From Anolis carolinensis (lineage: Eukaryota), in the NCBI RefSeq assembly GCF_035594765.1, contig NC_085841.1, positions 349,007,402 to 349,071,401 of the forward strand: a DNA stretch of 64,000 nucleotides. The letters are read 5' to 3'. The notes below the pieces were generated by a model. That model worked only from the letters and a program-made list of their open reading frames with translations. It was not told the origin of the DNA and did not search any database. The position numbers were made by a program, and so were the translations under genes. Below are positions 1 through 14,019 of this stretch, piece by piece (position 1 is the stretch's first letter; each line of letters opens with the position of its first letter).

Positions 1-238
1 TGTTTGCTTGTACCATAAAGGGTCATATATGGCTTCATGAATCTGGACCAGACCTGAACTACATACCATTCATTATCCAACTTAAAATAATTGAGAAGTT
101 TGAACTAAAAAAAAAAAAAACTCCACCCCTTTTGGGCCCAGAGCTAAGGGAAAGAAAAGGAACAAAGTGGGTTGGCTGTTGCTAGGTGTGATGTGGCAGG
201 GAAAGGAGTGAAATTAATTGGCTACTGCTAGGTGATAT

Positions 239-400
239 ATGTATGAGGAGAGGGAAGAAAAGAAGGCACAAAAGAAGGAGGGAAGAAAGAAAAGGAAGGA
301 AAGAAGAGGGGGGAGATATACAAGGGGAAGCAAAGAAAGAAAGGAAAGAGAGAGGGCTAAGGTATATGAGGAAAATGGAGGAAGGAAACAAAGAGCCACA
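239..400. repeat. Purine-rich (GA/GGAA) low-complexity tract
   Basis: Almost all A/G on the + strand; explains the spurious ORFs here. Confidence 0.8.
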
Positions 401-437
401 AAAGAAATGCATCCTGGTTTCAGTTTGTATGTGCCAG

Positions 438-676
438 NNNNNNNNNNNNNNNNNNNNNNNNNNNNNNNNNNNNNNNNNNNNNNNNNNNNNNNNNNNNNNN
501 NNNNNNNNNNNNNNNNNNNNNNNNNNNNNNNNNNNNNNNNNNNNNNNNNNNNNNNNNNNNNNNNNNNNNNNNNNNNNNNNNNNNNNNNNNNNNNNNNNNN
601 NNNNNNNNNNNNNNNNNNNNNNNNNNNNNNNNNNNNNNNNNNNNNNNNNNNNNNNNNNNNNNNNNNNNNNNNNNNN
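438..676. other. Assembly gap (239 N)
   Basis: Run of N. Confidence 1.
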
Positions 677-842
677 AGGCCACCCTACTGGGATCTGCAC
701 ACATCATCAGAAAATACATCACACAGTCCTAGACACTTGGGAAGTGTTCGACTTGTGGTTTTGCGAAACGAAATCCAGCATATCTATCTTGTTTGCTGTG
801 CCATACAACGTTGTTGTGTTGATAATAATAATAATAATAATA
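677..842 (+). mobile_element. 3' end of a Dong/R4-like non-LTR retrotransposon with (TAA)n tail
   Basis: Reads ATLLGSAHIIRKYITQS* followed by a 3' UTR and (taa)n; the same sequence occurs inverted near 48540-48660. Confidence 0.65.
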
Positions 843-1035
843 TGACTGCTGAATATATTAAACATTGATAGAACATAGGATCTGATTGTAAAATGTCTGA
901 TGTGCTGGCTTTTTCAACCTGTCTGCTCCTTAATTCTGTTGCTATGGTTGCAACAAACATTACACTTTTGTTTTGTTGTAAAGCACCTGAATAGTTACCC
1001 ATTGCTAATCTCATTTTTGTTTTTGTTTTTTCCAG

Positions 1036-1218
1036 GCTGCTGATTTGAGTAAACCAATAGATAAAAGGATATACAAAGGAACACAACCGACGTGTCATGA
1101 CTTCAATCATTTAACAGCCACAGCGGAAAGTGTTTCTCTATTAGTGGGCTTCTCCGCAGGGCAGGTGCAACTTATAGATCCTATTAAAAAAGAAACTAGC
1201 AAACTATTTAATGAGGAA
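1036..1218 (+). CDS. WDR20: WD repeat-containing protein 20, internal coding exon (exon 2)
   Basis: ttccag|GCT acceptor and GAA|gtaagt donor; 183 nt; AADLSKPIDKRIYKGTQPTCHDFN...LFNEE matches WDR20. Confidence 0.96.
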
Positions 1219-2701
1219 GTAAGTGGATGTCCTTATTCTTGGTGCATGCAAGCATATGTGTACTATTTTATCTATTATCCATACAGATGTTAACTTACCT
1301 TCCCACTAAGAGTCCGCTTGTTTGGTTGAAAACAGGAAAAGTATGAGTGTAAGAAAACATGATAGAGATTATTTTTTACAATATTCAACGATAAAAGATA
1401 ATATGACAGTTTTTCCCTATTCCCCACTTCCCAAACTGTTTCTTATCCTTTGGCTGTTATCAGAAGGCAATGTTTTCCAACCTACTCAATGTTACAGCAA
1501 CATCATCTTCTAATCCTATATATTTGTGATTGACTGATTGATTGGATTTATACCTCCCACTGTTTTCTATTTCTCCTTCTCATCATTAGGATCATGCTTC
1601 CTATAAGGTTATGCTAATGTTTGTGTCATTCATTCCATCTTCTGTAAATAATGTTTTGATTACAGCTACTCAATTAATTTTTTTAACAGTATATTAAATA
1701 TGACATATAAGAACTGTAAAATGGAGTTGTCACATTTCATACTTCAGTACAATTTTAAAATAATTCTCAGGGGGATTCCTCATGTTTTTAGAAAATCATT
1801 ACCAGTTCCAAATAACTCTTGTTAATCAAGAGTTATATATTTTGTATAACCAAGTCTCACTGTTTCCAAATTGAAATAATCCAGTATTCTCAATTGGAAC
1901 TGGCATATTATTGTTCTTGTTTTTGCTGTTATTGCTATTATTTATTGTTTCTGTATGTATTTGTCCCACCTTTCCCCCTGTCCTAGTAGTAGTATTACAT
2001 AAATTAACAAATTCACAGGCCACATCTCATAGTTTATTTACAGGAACTCACCAGAGGTCATGGAAGGTACTATCAGCAACTTGAAAATCTCTTCTGTTGT
2101 CATTTAACTAGTTGCCGTGATGTATCTAGTTACATAAAATATTATATTCTGTATGACTGCTTAATTTTAATTTATCCAGATTTTGGATCTTCCCTCTTCT
2201 ACCACCAGTCAGGTTTCTAAGTAATATGCTTACACACTGTATAGCTATAAAAAAATCCATAATTTTCACTTGCAGTAATTTTCTCATCACTATATTATAA
2301 TATCGACAGTGGTCCCATTACTACACAAATTTGCCAGTTAATCTGCTGGATCTCTAAAATGTAACTACTTTGTTTCAAAAATGAATGTTCCCACTAATGC
2401 CTTAAGTTTTTGTTTAGATTTTACATATCTAACCAGGTTTTTAATAGGTGAGTCTTTTTGGTTTACAGTGTTTTGGATCAGACTTTCTTACTTTTTTTCT
2501 TTCTTTCTTTCACTAATTAAGCCAACGATTGCATTGTTAGTTCATATTTATATGCCTTAAAAAGCCAACTTTTGGGCACAGCTTAATTGAACCCCTCTCA
2601 CACTTCTGCAAGTAGAATAATTTAATATTTTAAGCACAGATAACAGTAAACGAAAACTACAGCACTGAGATGGCTCTGATTTTGTTTTCTTTGTTTTTCA
2701 G

Positions 2702-4000
2702 AGACTAATAGACAAGTCGAGAGTAACTTGTGTAAAATGGGTGCCTGGTTCAGAAAGTCTCTTCCTAGTAGCTCATTCCAGTGGCAATATGTACTTGTAT
2801 AATGTGGAACACAATTGTGGCACCACAGCCCCACACTATCAGCTACTTAAACAAGGAGAAAGCTTTGCAGTCCACACATGCAAGAGCAAATCAACGCGAA
2901 ATCCTTTGCTTAAATGGACAGTAGGTGAAGGTGCCCTGAACGAATTTGCTTTTTCCCCAGACGGGAAGTTCTTGGCATGTGTAAGCCAGGATGGCTTTCT
3001 ACGAGTATTTAACTTTGATTCAGTAGAGTTGCATGGTACAATGAAAAGCTACTTTGGAGGACTACTATGTGCATGTTGGAGTCCAGATGGAAAATATATT
3101 GTAACAGGGGGAGAGGACGACTTGGTGACTATCTGGTCTTTTGTGGATTGTCGAGTTATAGCTAGGGGCCATGGACACAAATCATGGGTGAGCGTTGTGG
3201 CCTTTGATCCGTATACCACTAGTGTAGAAGAAAGTGACCCAATGGAATTTAGTGGCAGTGATGAGGATTTCCAAGATCTTCTTCATTTTGGAAGAGACCG
3301 AGCAAACAGCACACAGTCTAGGCTGTCAAAAAGGAACTCTACGGACAGTCGCCCAGTAAGCGTAACGTATAGGTTTGGTTCAGTTGGCCAGGACACGCAG
3401 CTGTGTTTATGGGACCTAACAGAAGACATTCTCTTCCCACACCAACCCCTCTCGAGGGCAAGGACACACACAAACGTCATGAATGCCACAAGTCCGCCTG
3501 CAGGAAGTGGCGGGGCTAACCCAGGAAGTAATGGAAACAGCATCTCGACACCTGGGAACTCTGTGCCCCCTCCTCTTCCACGATCAAATAGCCTTCCACA
3601 CTCTGCAGTTTCCAATTCTGGCAGTAAAAGCAGTGTCATGGATGGTGCCATTGCCTCCGGTGTTAGTAAGTTTGCAACCTTATCGCTACACGACCGGAAG
3701 GAAAGACACCATGAAAAAGACCACAAGAGAAACCATAGTATGGGACATATATCTAGCAAGAGCAGTGACAAACTGAACCTAGTTACTAAAACCAAAACAG
3801 ACCCAGCAAAAACTTTGGGAACGCCTCTGTGTCCCAGAATGGAAGATGTTCCTTTGTTAGAGCCTCTTATCTGTAAAAAGATAGCACATGAAAGACTGAC
3901 TGTGTTAATTTTTCTTGAAGACTGTATAGTCACTGCTTGTCAGGAGGGATTTATTTGCACATGGGCAAGGCCTGGTAAAGTGGTAAGTTTTAATCCTTAA
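2702..4000 (+). CDS. WDR20: WDR20 large exon 3 (WD40 repeats), ending GKVVSFNP* in the proximal-stop isoform
   Basis: tttcag|AGA acceptor; RLIDKSRVTCVKWVPG...; WD40 signatures; TAA at 3998-4000; internal donor GTG|gtaagt after 3982. Confidence 0.97.
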   Translation, partial: RLIDKSRVTCVKWVPGSESLFLVAHSSGNMYLYNVEHNCGTTAPHYQLLKQGESFAVHTCKSKSTRNPLLKWTVGEGALNEFAFSPDGKFLACVSQDGFLRVFNFDSVELHGTMKSYFGGLLCACWSPDGKYIVTGGEDDLVTIWSFVDCRVIARGHGHKSWVSVVAFDPYTTSVEESDPMEFSGSDEDFQDLLHFGRDRANSTQSRLSKRNSTDSRPVSVTYRFGSVGQDTQLCLWDLTEDILFPHQPLSRARTHTNVMNATSPPAGSGGANPGSNGNSISTPGNSVPPPLPRSNSLPHSAVSNSGSKSSVMDGAIASGVSKFATLSLHDRKERHHEKDHKRNHSMGHISSKSSDKLNLVTKTKTDPAKTLGTPLCPRMEDVPLLEPLICKKIAHERLTVLIFLEDCIVTACQEGFICTWARPGKVVSFNP

Positions 4001-6984
4001 TGCTGCATCAAAGAAGTAGAACTTGAATAGGTAGTTTTTCTCAAAACATAATTGAATGTTGAATATAAATTTCTTTATGCTTAATGTAAAAAAAATTATT
4101 TCCTCAGAGCCATACTTTTGGATACTGCATGCCATATTTCTGAACGATTTGAAGTGTCTGACCCGGATAAAGTCCTTTTGAAATATAGTTGCCTTCCAGC
4201 CGGAGATGTGTTGTGTATCCAAAGTGTCAGTGATAGTTTTCCTATATTTTCAAAACTATTTTTGTATAACATGTTTGAGACAAATCTAAAAACCAATTAG
4301 TGAGGGTAAAATTGTAAGGGCATTCAAGAATATAGTCTGTTCACAGCTTGGGTAGACTGTACCTTGGTATAAATAACATGCATTTTGGGCAATCGAATTT
4401 AGAACACTTACTTGGCAGGAATCCATAAAGCAGGATGTATTTTCACTTTTTCCAAAAGCTAGTCATAGTACTGAGAACGTTTAATGCTCCAGTGATCATC
4501 AAGGCAATTTGTAGTGTCTCCATTTAAAATTTGAATAAACTGGTATTAAATATGCACTGTAATATTCTGATTTTTAATATCAATCTCCTCCAAGCATTTC
4601 TATGTGCAGAAGTCATATTTTTAGAACGTCCCCATGTGGAATGGATCTCATATTATATTTTTCCATTCACCTTAAAGTATTTGTTAAGAATTTTTTTCAA
4701 TCATCCATTTTCCATTATATCCACTTAAATGTGACATTCACGTTTTCTTTTATGTTGACCACAGCTAAAGTAATTATGTAATTTTACCACTTTATGCTTG
4801 GTTTGACTCAAATGCTCATTTAACAATTTGCAATTCAGTGGCCAAGATCCAAAGAAACTTGATGTAGCTTCTGCACACGCACTTGGGTCATTTTGGGCTC
4901 ATCCTCCTAGAAGATGACTTCCCCATAAGCTAGCCATGAAGGCTTTGGGGACTCTTTGGCTTGAAGTAAAGATTAGCAAAGTCTGGTGTTTGTGTGGAAA
5001 TATCTTAGGCATTAGGCACATGGGTATTGATAGATAAACTAGTAATGAATCCCTAAAAGACTGGCAGTTATCTTTTTTTTAGGTGTAAAGTTGCACATTT
5101 TTTTCATTTGTTCCTGAAAGTCAGTCCTGAAAAATAGTTGAAAAATGTCACTGAGAACTACTGAAGTGCACAGGTTTCAAAAAGCTATCCTACAGAAATT
5201 GAAGCCCATTGTGACTATAAGATCTAAATTGTGTCAAAAATTCAACATTTCACCGAAAACTTATCGTATGTGTGTGTGTTTGTGATGTGGTATCTCCAGT
5301 ATGCCTTAGACAATCCAGGGATGTGTGGCATTGCTTTCATGGATGTGGGGAACAAACTGTGAAGATAAATGGCAAAACTATATTTATTTATTTATCTGTT
5401 CTAAAATTATGGAAATGCTCTATGATTTTGTTCATTTGCCCAGGGACAGTTTTGAGAGTAACTTTTCAGATGTGTCCTGGAAGTAAATTCTCAATGCTCT
5501 GCTTAATTGCAAAGTAACGGAACTCTGGCCCTTGGGCTACTTTCATTTTTTATAAATTAAATGTTCTGTAAAGGAATTGCAAACTGTATTGGTTAAACTC
5601 AACTTGTTAACAGCAACAATTTGATTTGGAATGGATTTCAAATATTTCAGAGATAGAGTATGCAGTACCAAAAGCTAGGATTTTTATATTTGGCCAATGC
5701 GGAAATCTTTAATTAAAGGTAAGTTTCATGCTGATTCTATTCACTAGATCATTGAAAACTAATATCGCACACTGATGTAAATGACATATTTTTTAGGATG
5801 TGTTTACTTAGACTGGGTTTCAAATTATTATTATATAATTATATTATTATTATCTTTATTTTTGCAGTTGGTGAGCTCACTCAGCTGGCCTAAACTAGCA
5901 AGATAGATGAAATGTTTACAGAGTTCTGGCCAGGGAGGTCTTTTCCCCAGAAATGAGTTAATAAGCATTCTTTTCTTTTTATATGAGAGCACTTAACTCT
6001 ACGTCTATTTAATGACTCTTCAAAAACTGTAGTGGTAACATATTTCCCCTCGGGTTATATACTGCATTATGTTTGGGTCTTACCTGATGTTTGATCCCAT
6101 ATTTAACTTTAAAAAAGAATTTTAAGCTGCTACCTGTTTATGTTGTCATTTGTCCTTGAAAACCCTGAAAAATAGCTTCTATTTTCCTCAGCAAAATATC
6201 ACCTTTGCAAGAAGATCTCAGTTGTTTTTGCCACATTGGTTCAGCCAGGATAGCAAATGATATGTTTTCTATGGAATGAGATATTAGAATGGGGTTAAAA
6301 TAAGCAGCAATAATCTGACTGCTTACTTGCCTTGGCTGGAAAATCAAATTTTAGTTTCCATATCAAGAACTCAGAGGGCAGATGGATATGCTGCTAAATT
6401 GGAATAAAACTTCATGTACTACGACTGTAGGAGGTCCTCTTAATATTCACATCAGATGCTGAGATTCCTTGGTTTTTTGTGGGGTTTTTGCCCCCCTTTC
6501 AAGGTCAAATGTGAGAGTACTTTAAAGAATGTACAGCACACACCCCAACCATTTCACATGGCTTTTAGGAAATGTTCTTAAAAGCTTGAAGTGTGGTGTC
6601 CAGTCCAAAATGTGGGATAAATCCATGTTGCATATTAAGCAGAAATGTAGGTCTTTTCTAATTTATAAAGCAACTGCCTACTTTGGGGGCATCAAAGCTC
6701 CTCAGTACTGACCGTATAAAAATATTTGCTGTGCTACTGGGAAAAGTTAAACGTATAAATCTTGTCCTTTTCTTTGGCAATTATAACCTAATTGAGACAA
6801 CAGGTAGGCTGCTGAATATCTTTTGCAAGACTAGTCATACCAGTTAGATGTTGCCTTCAGTGGCAAAGCTCTGTCCTTCCCAAATCATGCACAGCAACCA
6901 CTTTTAAGTTTAGAGAAACTTGGCACTACTTATTCTGAAGGCTCACTATAAGGGTGAACCTAAAAACAAATGAAGAGCAAAGTG

Positions 6985-7074
6985 TAATGGCAGCATATAT
7001 CCCAGCAGAGTAAATGTGTTACCAGTTTATAATGGCAGTGTATATCCTGGCAGAGCAAATGTGTTACCAGTTTG
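6985..7074. repeat. Imperfect tandem duplication, 2 x 45 bp
   Basis: taatggcag...gtgttaccagttt occurs twice in tandem. Confidence 0.85.
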
Positions 7075-8948
7075 TAGAACAAAATGCACATGAAATTGAG
7101 TATATTTATTTGAACTATATCATACAGGGGGAAAATCTAGTTTTTAAATTATACAACATTCTTCAGTTCTCCAGTAACAAGTAATAATTCAGCATCCTCG
7201 TTAAATGAGTTCCGTATTAGCTAAAGGTGTTTAACAGATATATTGAATTATTATATCTGGACATGTGTAAAAGACACATTTACTACTCCATTCTTGTGAT
7301 CAAAGGATATTTTATTTTTTGCGATTGAAATATAAAGTGCTGTTGAATACTATCCTTATATCGTAAGGCATAATATCTCATTCAGAGTTTGAGAACTGCT
7401 AAATCAGTCTTGAGGTTGGAGGCAAATGAAAGATCTTAAAAAATACACTCCAGAAACAGATGTTTTTCAGTCCTTTGAAATATTGCCATACACAGTTATT
7501 ACAACAAGGCATGGAGACCAAATGCACCTCTTAAAGAAGATGCCCAGTCAGGTATGGATCAATTTCTTCTTGTGAAGCCTAGAAAGAGCCTTTTTATGTC
7601 AGTCTTCAAACTAGGACGAAAAGGTTCTTAGACCTCTTTTTTGGGCAATGTTCCATCTGTTGGAACTCAGTTTTGTACTTGAAAAGACTGTATGTCTCCC
7701 TCCTATCACATTAAATCTACTAAATTTGCATTTAGAATACTGCTGGCCTGCTTATGTGAAAAGAAAGGAAACCAGCTAATTTAACTGTCACATAACTTGT
7801 GTAAAGATATAAAGCCAAGATTTCTTTTTCTGCACTTATGGTCTGTATACATGAATTTGTTTTAAGATTGACACATTAGGTAATACTGTACAAAATTGTA
7901 ATGATAAAGTGAAAAATCAACAGTAAAATTCATATGTATTTTCTTTATAAACATACATCTAATTTCTTGACAACTTGAATAAATTTCATAAGAGCCTTTC
8001 TAACATGACAAATTGTTAAAACTAAATTGACTGTTGCAATAATGATAAAGCTTTAATAAGTATTGTTGGTATATTTATAATTTTAAGAAATCATGTTTGT
8101 TTCATACTGCTTATTTTTTAGTATTTTATGTCACTGTTTCAGCTGAAAGAACCCACTAAATACTTGACATTACAGAATAATTTACCGGGGTTGTCCTCTG
8201 TATACTGACATTAAATAAAAAAGTGTGACTGAACTATAAAATGTAGATAACTGTCAGTAGTGCTTCTCATGCCTGAAATTGCAATGTTTTGCCACAGCTG
8301 AGACTCCTATGATGCAGCAGGCACTTTCTTGAACAAATAGCCACTGTGAAACTGCTGTCTCTGTAACTGCCGCTTTTATAAATGATTCTAAAGAATTATA
8401 TATAACCTCTTGAGTATTTCATATCTATTTCAAATGTTGACTTAGAGAGTTTATACTTCTAATATTGATCCGTCATCATGTATGCTGATTCAAACTGTGT
8501 TAAAATGTATGCTAGACTGTTAAATTGTACATAACTGGAAGAATACATGGGGTTTGGAAAATTGGTGTTCTGGCTTAAACAAGAGAACAATGGGTTATGA
8601 TGGTTAAGTAGTTCTATTAAAGAGCCACTGGAATGGAGAATTGATGCCTTTTGGATTCTACAGGAGCTCTTTCAGTTTTTTTTAATATTAGTATATAAGC
8701 ACATTGGGAATGTTCACCAGAATTAAGAAGATACATAAACAAATAATCAGATTTCACTGAATTTGTATAGCCAAATACCAGAAATATTTCTAATCATTTG
8801 TTCAGGTATATTTGCTGTCCTTGCAAGCAAGTCTGAGAATGTTCAATTCCAAGTAGGGCTGGAGTAACACATAGATCTTGTGTTCTCTTCAAAGGAAAAA
8901 TTCAAATTTTACTTAAATTAAAAGCATTTCACTTTCTTTTTCTATTAC

Positions 8949-9207
8949 ATGCAGTCTTCGAGTTACAAATATCTGACTTACAAGCTACTCATAGTTAATA
9001 ACGAGGGTGAGAACAGAAAGTGAAAGAAATATTCCCCTAGGAAAGGAAGAGTTGTCATGGGGAAAAGGTGTCTCAGCTAAAGCTTTTTCACCAATCCTTG
9101 TTTCCACAACAATGCACATTTTTCAAAATCCAATTATCACAAAGACAGAAAATGAGGTGAAATCTTCTGAACAGGCTATCGTGTTCATAACTTGGGGACT
9201 GCCTGTA
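8949..9207. mobile_element. Decayed Tigger/pogo-like non-autonomous DNA transposon
   Basis: Ends gcagtcttcgagttac... and ...ataacttggggactgcctg|ta are imperfect inverted repeats next to TA. Confidence 0.5.
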
Positions 9208-11123
9208 CTTTTCTCTTGATACTGTAGGAATTAAAGTGTAAATTTTCAGTGCAGGGAACTTGCACAAATTTCTTCCTGAAGAGATCATAGGTGCTGGTGT
9301 TTGAGTTGCGTGGCCTTTATCCTGTGACAAGAGCCAGGCCATTTCTATTTTCAAATGAGTCTCAGTTCAAGCTTCAGCAACAGTGTATGGAAATTCACTG
9401 TTCCATTGCCAGTTTTAATCCTTAAATGGGTTGTCCCTAGTCTTGATAACTGGGTGAGCTTGGAGAAACTTCCACAACTAACAAAGGGAAAAAAGACAAT
9501 CCCTATAAATATTACCATGGCTTCTGAGTTGTGCTAAAGTAGAAATCTATAGACCTTGGTGTAATAGCTCATATATAAAGAATAGAAACCTTTTCATTCT
9601 ATTGGGTGAAAATTAAAATTTGCATATATATGTTAACTAAGGAAAGTTGCATAAGTGAAACTCATCTGGTTTTTGAAATATTTTGCATGTGCTCAGTAAA
9701 CACCAAGTCTGTTCTTCTTGGCCCACACCACACACTTTTGCTTTAAAAAAAAATTAAGACAACTAAATAAGAGTTTTTAGGTAGCTTGCATAAAGATGTA
9801 AAATTTCCAGAGATTTTGTTAGTGTGGGAAGAAACATAATTTTCCATAACACTTGAGGGCAACTGAAATATATTTACTATTTTCTTATTTCTTATATAAT
9901 TTATCAAACTTCTCCAATATCAAATACATACTTTAAAAAGAAACCACCAGAATTGCAATAAATAAAAAATATTTATTTTTAGTTCAGCATCTCTGGAATT
10001 TACAGAACACTATAATCCAGGCGCAGATGAAACCATTATACTATATGACCAATGCAAAATATGTTAAGACTTGGATTCAATAGAACATTCAAAGTATTTA
10101 AAGGACAAAATGCACCAAAGGCCTTGTTAAATTTCACTTTCTTATAAGAGACATCACATTGCAAGGTTTTCCATATGGATTACAGTATATTTAGCCATTA
10201 GGCTAACAAATTAGTCATACAGCTGTTTGACTACACACCAGCTACTTAAGGTTATAGAGGTACAAGAATTAGCTGGACATCTAGGTTTCTGCTGACTTAT
10301 GAGTCTCCGTGTATTTGTTCAGTTACATCTTGTTTCCCCCAAAACGAATTTGAATGTTATTGAAGCTGATATTTTACTAAATTAATGGTTTTGTCTCGTA
10401 TAAAATTACTTTTGAACATGAAAACTTTATTAATTGCTATGGCACTAATAGTAGTCACTGGCAGCCTCTTTCTACTAAGCGACAGAGGGTCCCAGATTTA
10501 ATCCTAGAAACAAACTTTTTCTAAATGATTTCAGGTAGTAGAGCTGGGAGAAACTCCCAATAGGAATACTAGGGAAAATCCTATTCTGCAGGGTAACAAG
10601 CATCAAAATAGTACAGTATTTAATACCTTGCAAGGAATGTTCTCCTTCTTACTCTTTAAAAATCATGTAACATGGGGAGATTCAGCACGAGGAGGTGAAT
10701 AACCTGGAAGTTCTAAGAATCCAGAGCGGCTAGGTGAAATATGATTTTGATTGCGATTATTGCCAGAGTTCCTTTTTGCTTCTGATACATATGAGAAACA
10801 GAACACTATGCAAATCTGGAAAACTCCCATTTCCTCAACTGTTTGTCATAGGATTTTGTATCTCTTGGTGCAGAAATCTGACTTAAGAATGGAAGGCACT
10901 AATGGACCAAACAAATCTGCAACTACCATGTATTAAGATGAAACGAAAGATAATACACAGGTTTTGTGCACTTGCGAGATGATGCTTCTTACTAATATTT
11001 CAGGATTGTTTCCAGAGAGAGAATTGGAATTTATCTTCCTTAGCCACTCAGGCACAATGGATGCTTATTTGAAGATACAGCCATATATGTGTGCTTTTTG
11101 TTCAGCACTGCATTTGTATAGAG

Positions 11124-11260
11124 CAGTGTTTAACTCTGTTCCTCCAAGTGTTGTGGACTTCAGCTCCTAGAAACAGAAATCCCAGCGAGCTTACAAGTTG
11201 CTAGGAATTGTGGAAGCTGAAGTCCAAAACACTTGGAGGAGCAGAGTTTGAGAATCACTG
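11124..11260. mobile_element. hAT-type palindromic MITE
   Basis: cagtg...cactg termini, internal inverted arms, near-identical 8-bp flanks gtatagag/atatagag. Confidence 0.7.
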
Positions 11261-11480
11261 ATATAGAGGTACGGGAAGTGCAGATGGAAGCATTTCCCAC
11301 TGAATTTAGTACTGCACTACCATATCTCCCTCTCCTGGTCCATGGGAGCCGCTGGAATGGCTACATTCATATGGTTAGCTGGTGTCGGATGAGATAAATC
11401 GTTTGGACAAGCAAGGTATTTTTGTTTTTTCTGTTTTAAGCAGGTATTGGCTTAATAGAGAAAGGGGGAGAGAAGAGTAT

Positions 11481-11560
11481 GGTAACTATTGGTTTAGCTC
11501 TAATGAAGAGCATTGGTAATGGTAACTATTGGTTTAGCTCTAATGAAGAGCATTGGTAAT
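11481..11560. repeat. Perfect tandem duplication, 2 x 40 bp
   Basis: ggtaactattggtttagctctaatgaagagcattggtaat twice. Confidence 0.95.
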
Positions 11561-13965
11561 GGAACAGTAGAGTAGGGAAAACTCCTCTTCTCAGTGATAC
11601 CCACCTCATGCACCCCAGAAGCCTGTTCTGGATGAAATCCAAGAATGACTCGGGGTGAGCAGAGAAAGTTTCAGCATGATGGTCCAGCATATATTCCATA
11701 ACAATAGATTATAGTAGAATAATATACACAGAAAATAACCTACATTTATACTGTACTGGATTATCTTGTAAAAATGACAATATACCACTACACGAGTTGC
11801 TTAACAGCTGAAGTTTTCAGCATAATATACACAAATACAACACAGTGAGGTTTGAATTTCAGTGTGAATTAAGCAGCTTCTCTTTTGCCTGGCCTCATGG
11901 AAGCTATCATGTTGTATATCAACATTACATATAGCTACTGCTGCTTGTCTTCCGCTTTCTCATTTCCCATGCAATTCTTACTCATGCTATACTTTTTAAA
12001 AAAGAGTGAATGCCTTCTTAATGACTCCCTTAGTTCAATACAGTAATTTTACACATTATTCTCTAGGACTAAAAGCTCTGTTAGTTTTCCAATGTAGTTC
12101 TGATTATAATGATTAGAATTCTATAGCAGCCAATAGCTTGTGAGAAAGAGCAGCAACAAATGGCAGTGGGCAAAACTGGCCACTTGCTACACTTACTCAC
12201 TGCTGCCTGAGGAGGAAACAGGCATTCAGTGTGGACCTTCTGACAGATCTAATTCATTTATGGCTGCTTCTTTCCTAAATGCCGTGTTCTACGGAATCTT
12301 TGAAGACTAGGCAGTAGCAAGGTTTGACTTCAACAACTGCCTATGCCCCAATCCAACCTTCGTAAATTGTCTTGGCTCCAGAGACCCACAGAACCAATCA
12401 CTAGAAGGAAAAAGCCATAGATATAGGCAGGTTGTGCTGGGAGGTATGCAAAGGTTGAGTGTTCTGCTCCATCACAACTGAATATAGTCACAGTATTATA
12501 GAAATCGAGAACAACAGTTCTTGATTATATGGATGTAAAATTATTACAGTGTGGAACAAATTTTAATGTGTGTAGATTATGTGTCATTTCTTTGCCTCTG
12601 CAAGAAACGGAACAAACATTTTAATGTAGATGTTTTCAAGGGACAAAATGGTAGAGCAGGTTCTAGTGGCTTATCTTTTCTAATGCAGGATCTCCTTGTA
12701 CATCTTCCCAAGTTCAAGACTAGGAAGTCTGCTTTTGTTCTATTTCGGTGTTTAGGTCAGAGTCAGAAAGAGCTCCTGTAGTCTCTGAGGATGTAATTAA
12801 TTCTGCATTACAAACAGACTTTGTTCTTGAGCTTGACTAACATGAATTGCGGATGTTAAGGTAAGAAAAACAAGTTTGGAAATAAAAGTATTGGAAGGCC
12901 TTCCTTCTCTAGATGCTTAGAACAAGTCTGTTTTTTTTAGTGAACTCTAAGGTGAAACTCAATGGCTCACAAGATTCACCACTTCTAAAGGCTGTTTTGA
13001 CAAGCTTGGCAATAAGCCACAGTTGCTTCCTAAAGTTGTATACTGAAAACAAAACAGTTGATAGAGCTGTGAACTCCCCATTTTAAACCTAAACACATTA
13101 ATTAGGAACTGTGGACTGTGACTATAGTTCTTATTTAACCTTTGAGGTGGGAAGGAGATCTAGTTAAAAGTAGAGTGAATTCCTCATAAGAAGATACTCA
13201 CTTCCATGGGATTTTCCATGAGTTGTCTGAAACTAATGACACAAGGCTTGCCTGAGTAGTTATCTACAAGTTGGGAAGGTTTGATTGCTACTCATCTTTT
13301 CTAGAAGCAGTTTTATATCCAAGAAAAAAGCCAAACTGACCTGGGTATATATAAGGAATCTGAGAAAAACTTGAGATTGTTATTTTAGGTGATATGCGGA
13401 AGTCTGTGCCACTCAGTCTAGAAACACTGGTATGCTGGATGTTTGCTGCAAATAACACCAATAATTTGGAAAGAATGTTTCATCTTCCAAATAGAGATTC
13501 AAACCTGTAGCTTAGTCGTCTTTCGCTGCTGTTGAGAGGTCATGGATAAAGAAAAATAACAGAGGTTCTGTAAAACACAAGCCAAACTTAAATCACTCCA
13601 TGGATTACCGCTCTCTTTATCAGGTTGAGGATGCTTCAGACATCTGGAATGAACTGTAGTCCATGGAAACTTAACACATACTGTAGCTTTTATTCCAAAG
13701 GACCATTGGATTGTTTGTTTTTGTTGCAAAAGATACAACTTTTCCTCCCTTCAGTTCCTAATGATGTGCTAAATATTAGAAGTTACTTTAAGCAACGCTA
13801 TATGATAGTGAAATCATTCTTGTAAGGTTTTCAAGCAGTGTGATCTACCAGTTAATTCATTCAATAGACAATTATACCATCTGCTAAAATTCTGCAAACA
13901 TTACTGTCTAGAAAACTAAATGTTGGGTTCTCTTGCTGGATTAATGTAAATTGCTTTGTTTGCAG

Positions 13966-14019
13966 GGTTTATTGCCATCTCAAAACCAGGCCAATTCTCC
14001 AAGTGGAACTGTAGTATAG
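13966..14019 (+). CDS. WDR20: WDR20 alternative terminal coding exon (GLLPSQNQANSPSGTVV*)
   Basis: ttgtttgcag|GGT acceptor, phase 0 with the donor at 3982; peptide resembles the recalled alternative WDR20 C-terminus; AATAAA at 14357-14362. Confidence 0.85.
   Translation, partial: GLLPSQNQANSPSGTVV

Noticed and set aside
182-868. Long ORFs in several frames at the window start
   Set aside because: Artefacts of a GA-rich tract plus the 239-N gap
3283-3933. 216-aa antisense ORF
   Set aside because: Shadow of the WDR20 coding exon; no independent start context or recognisable domain
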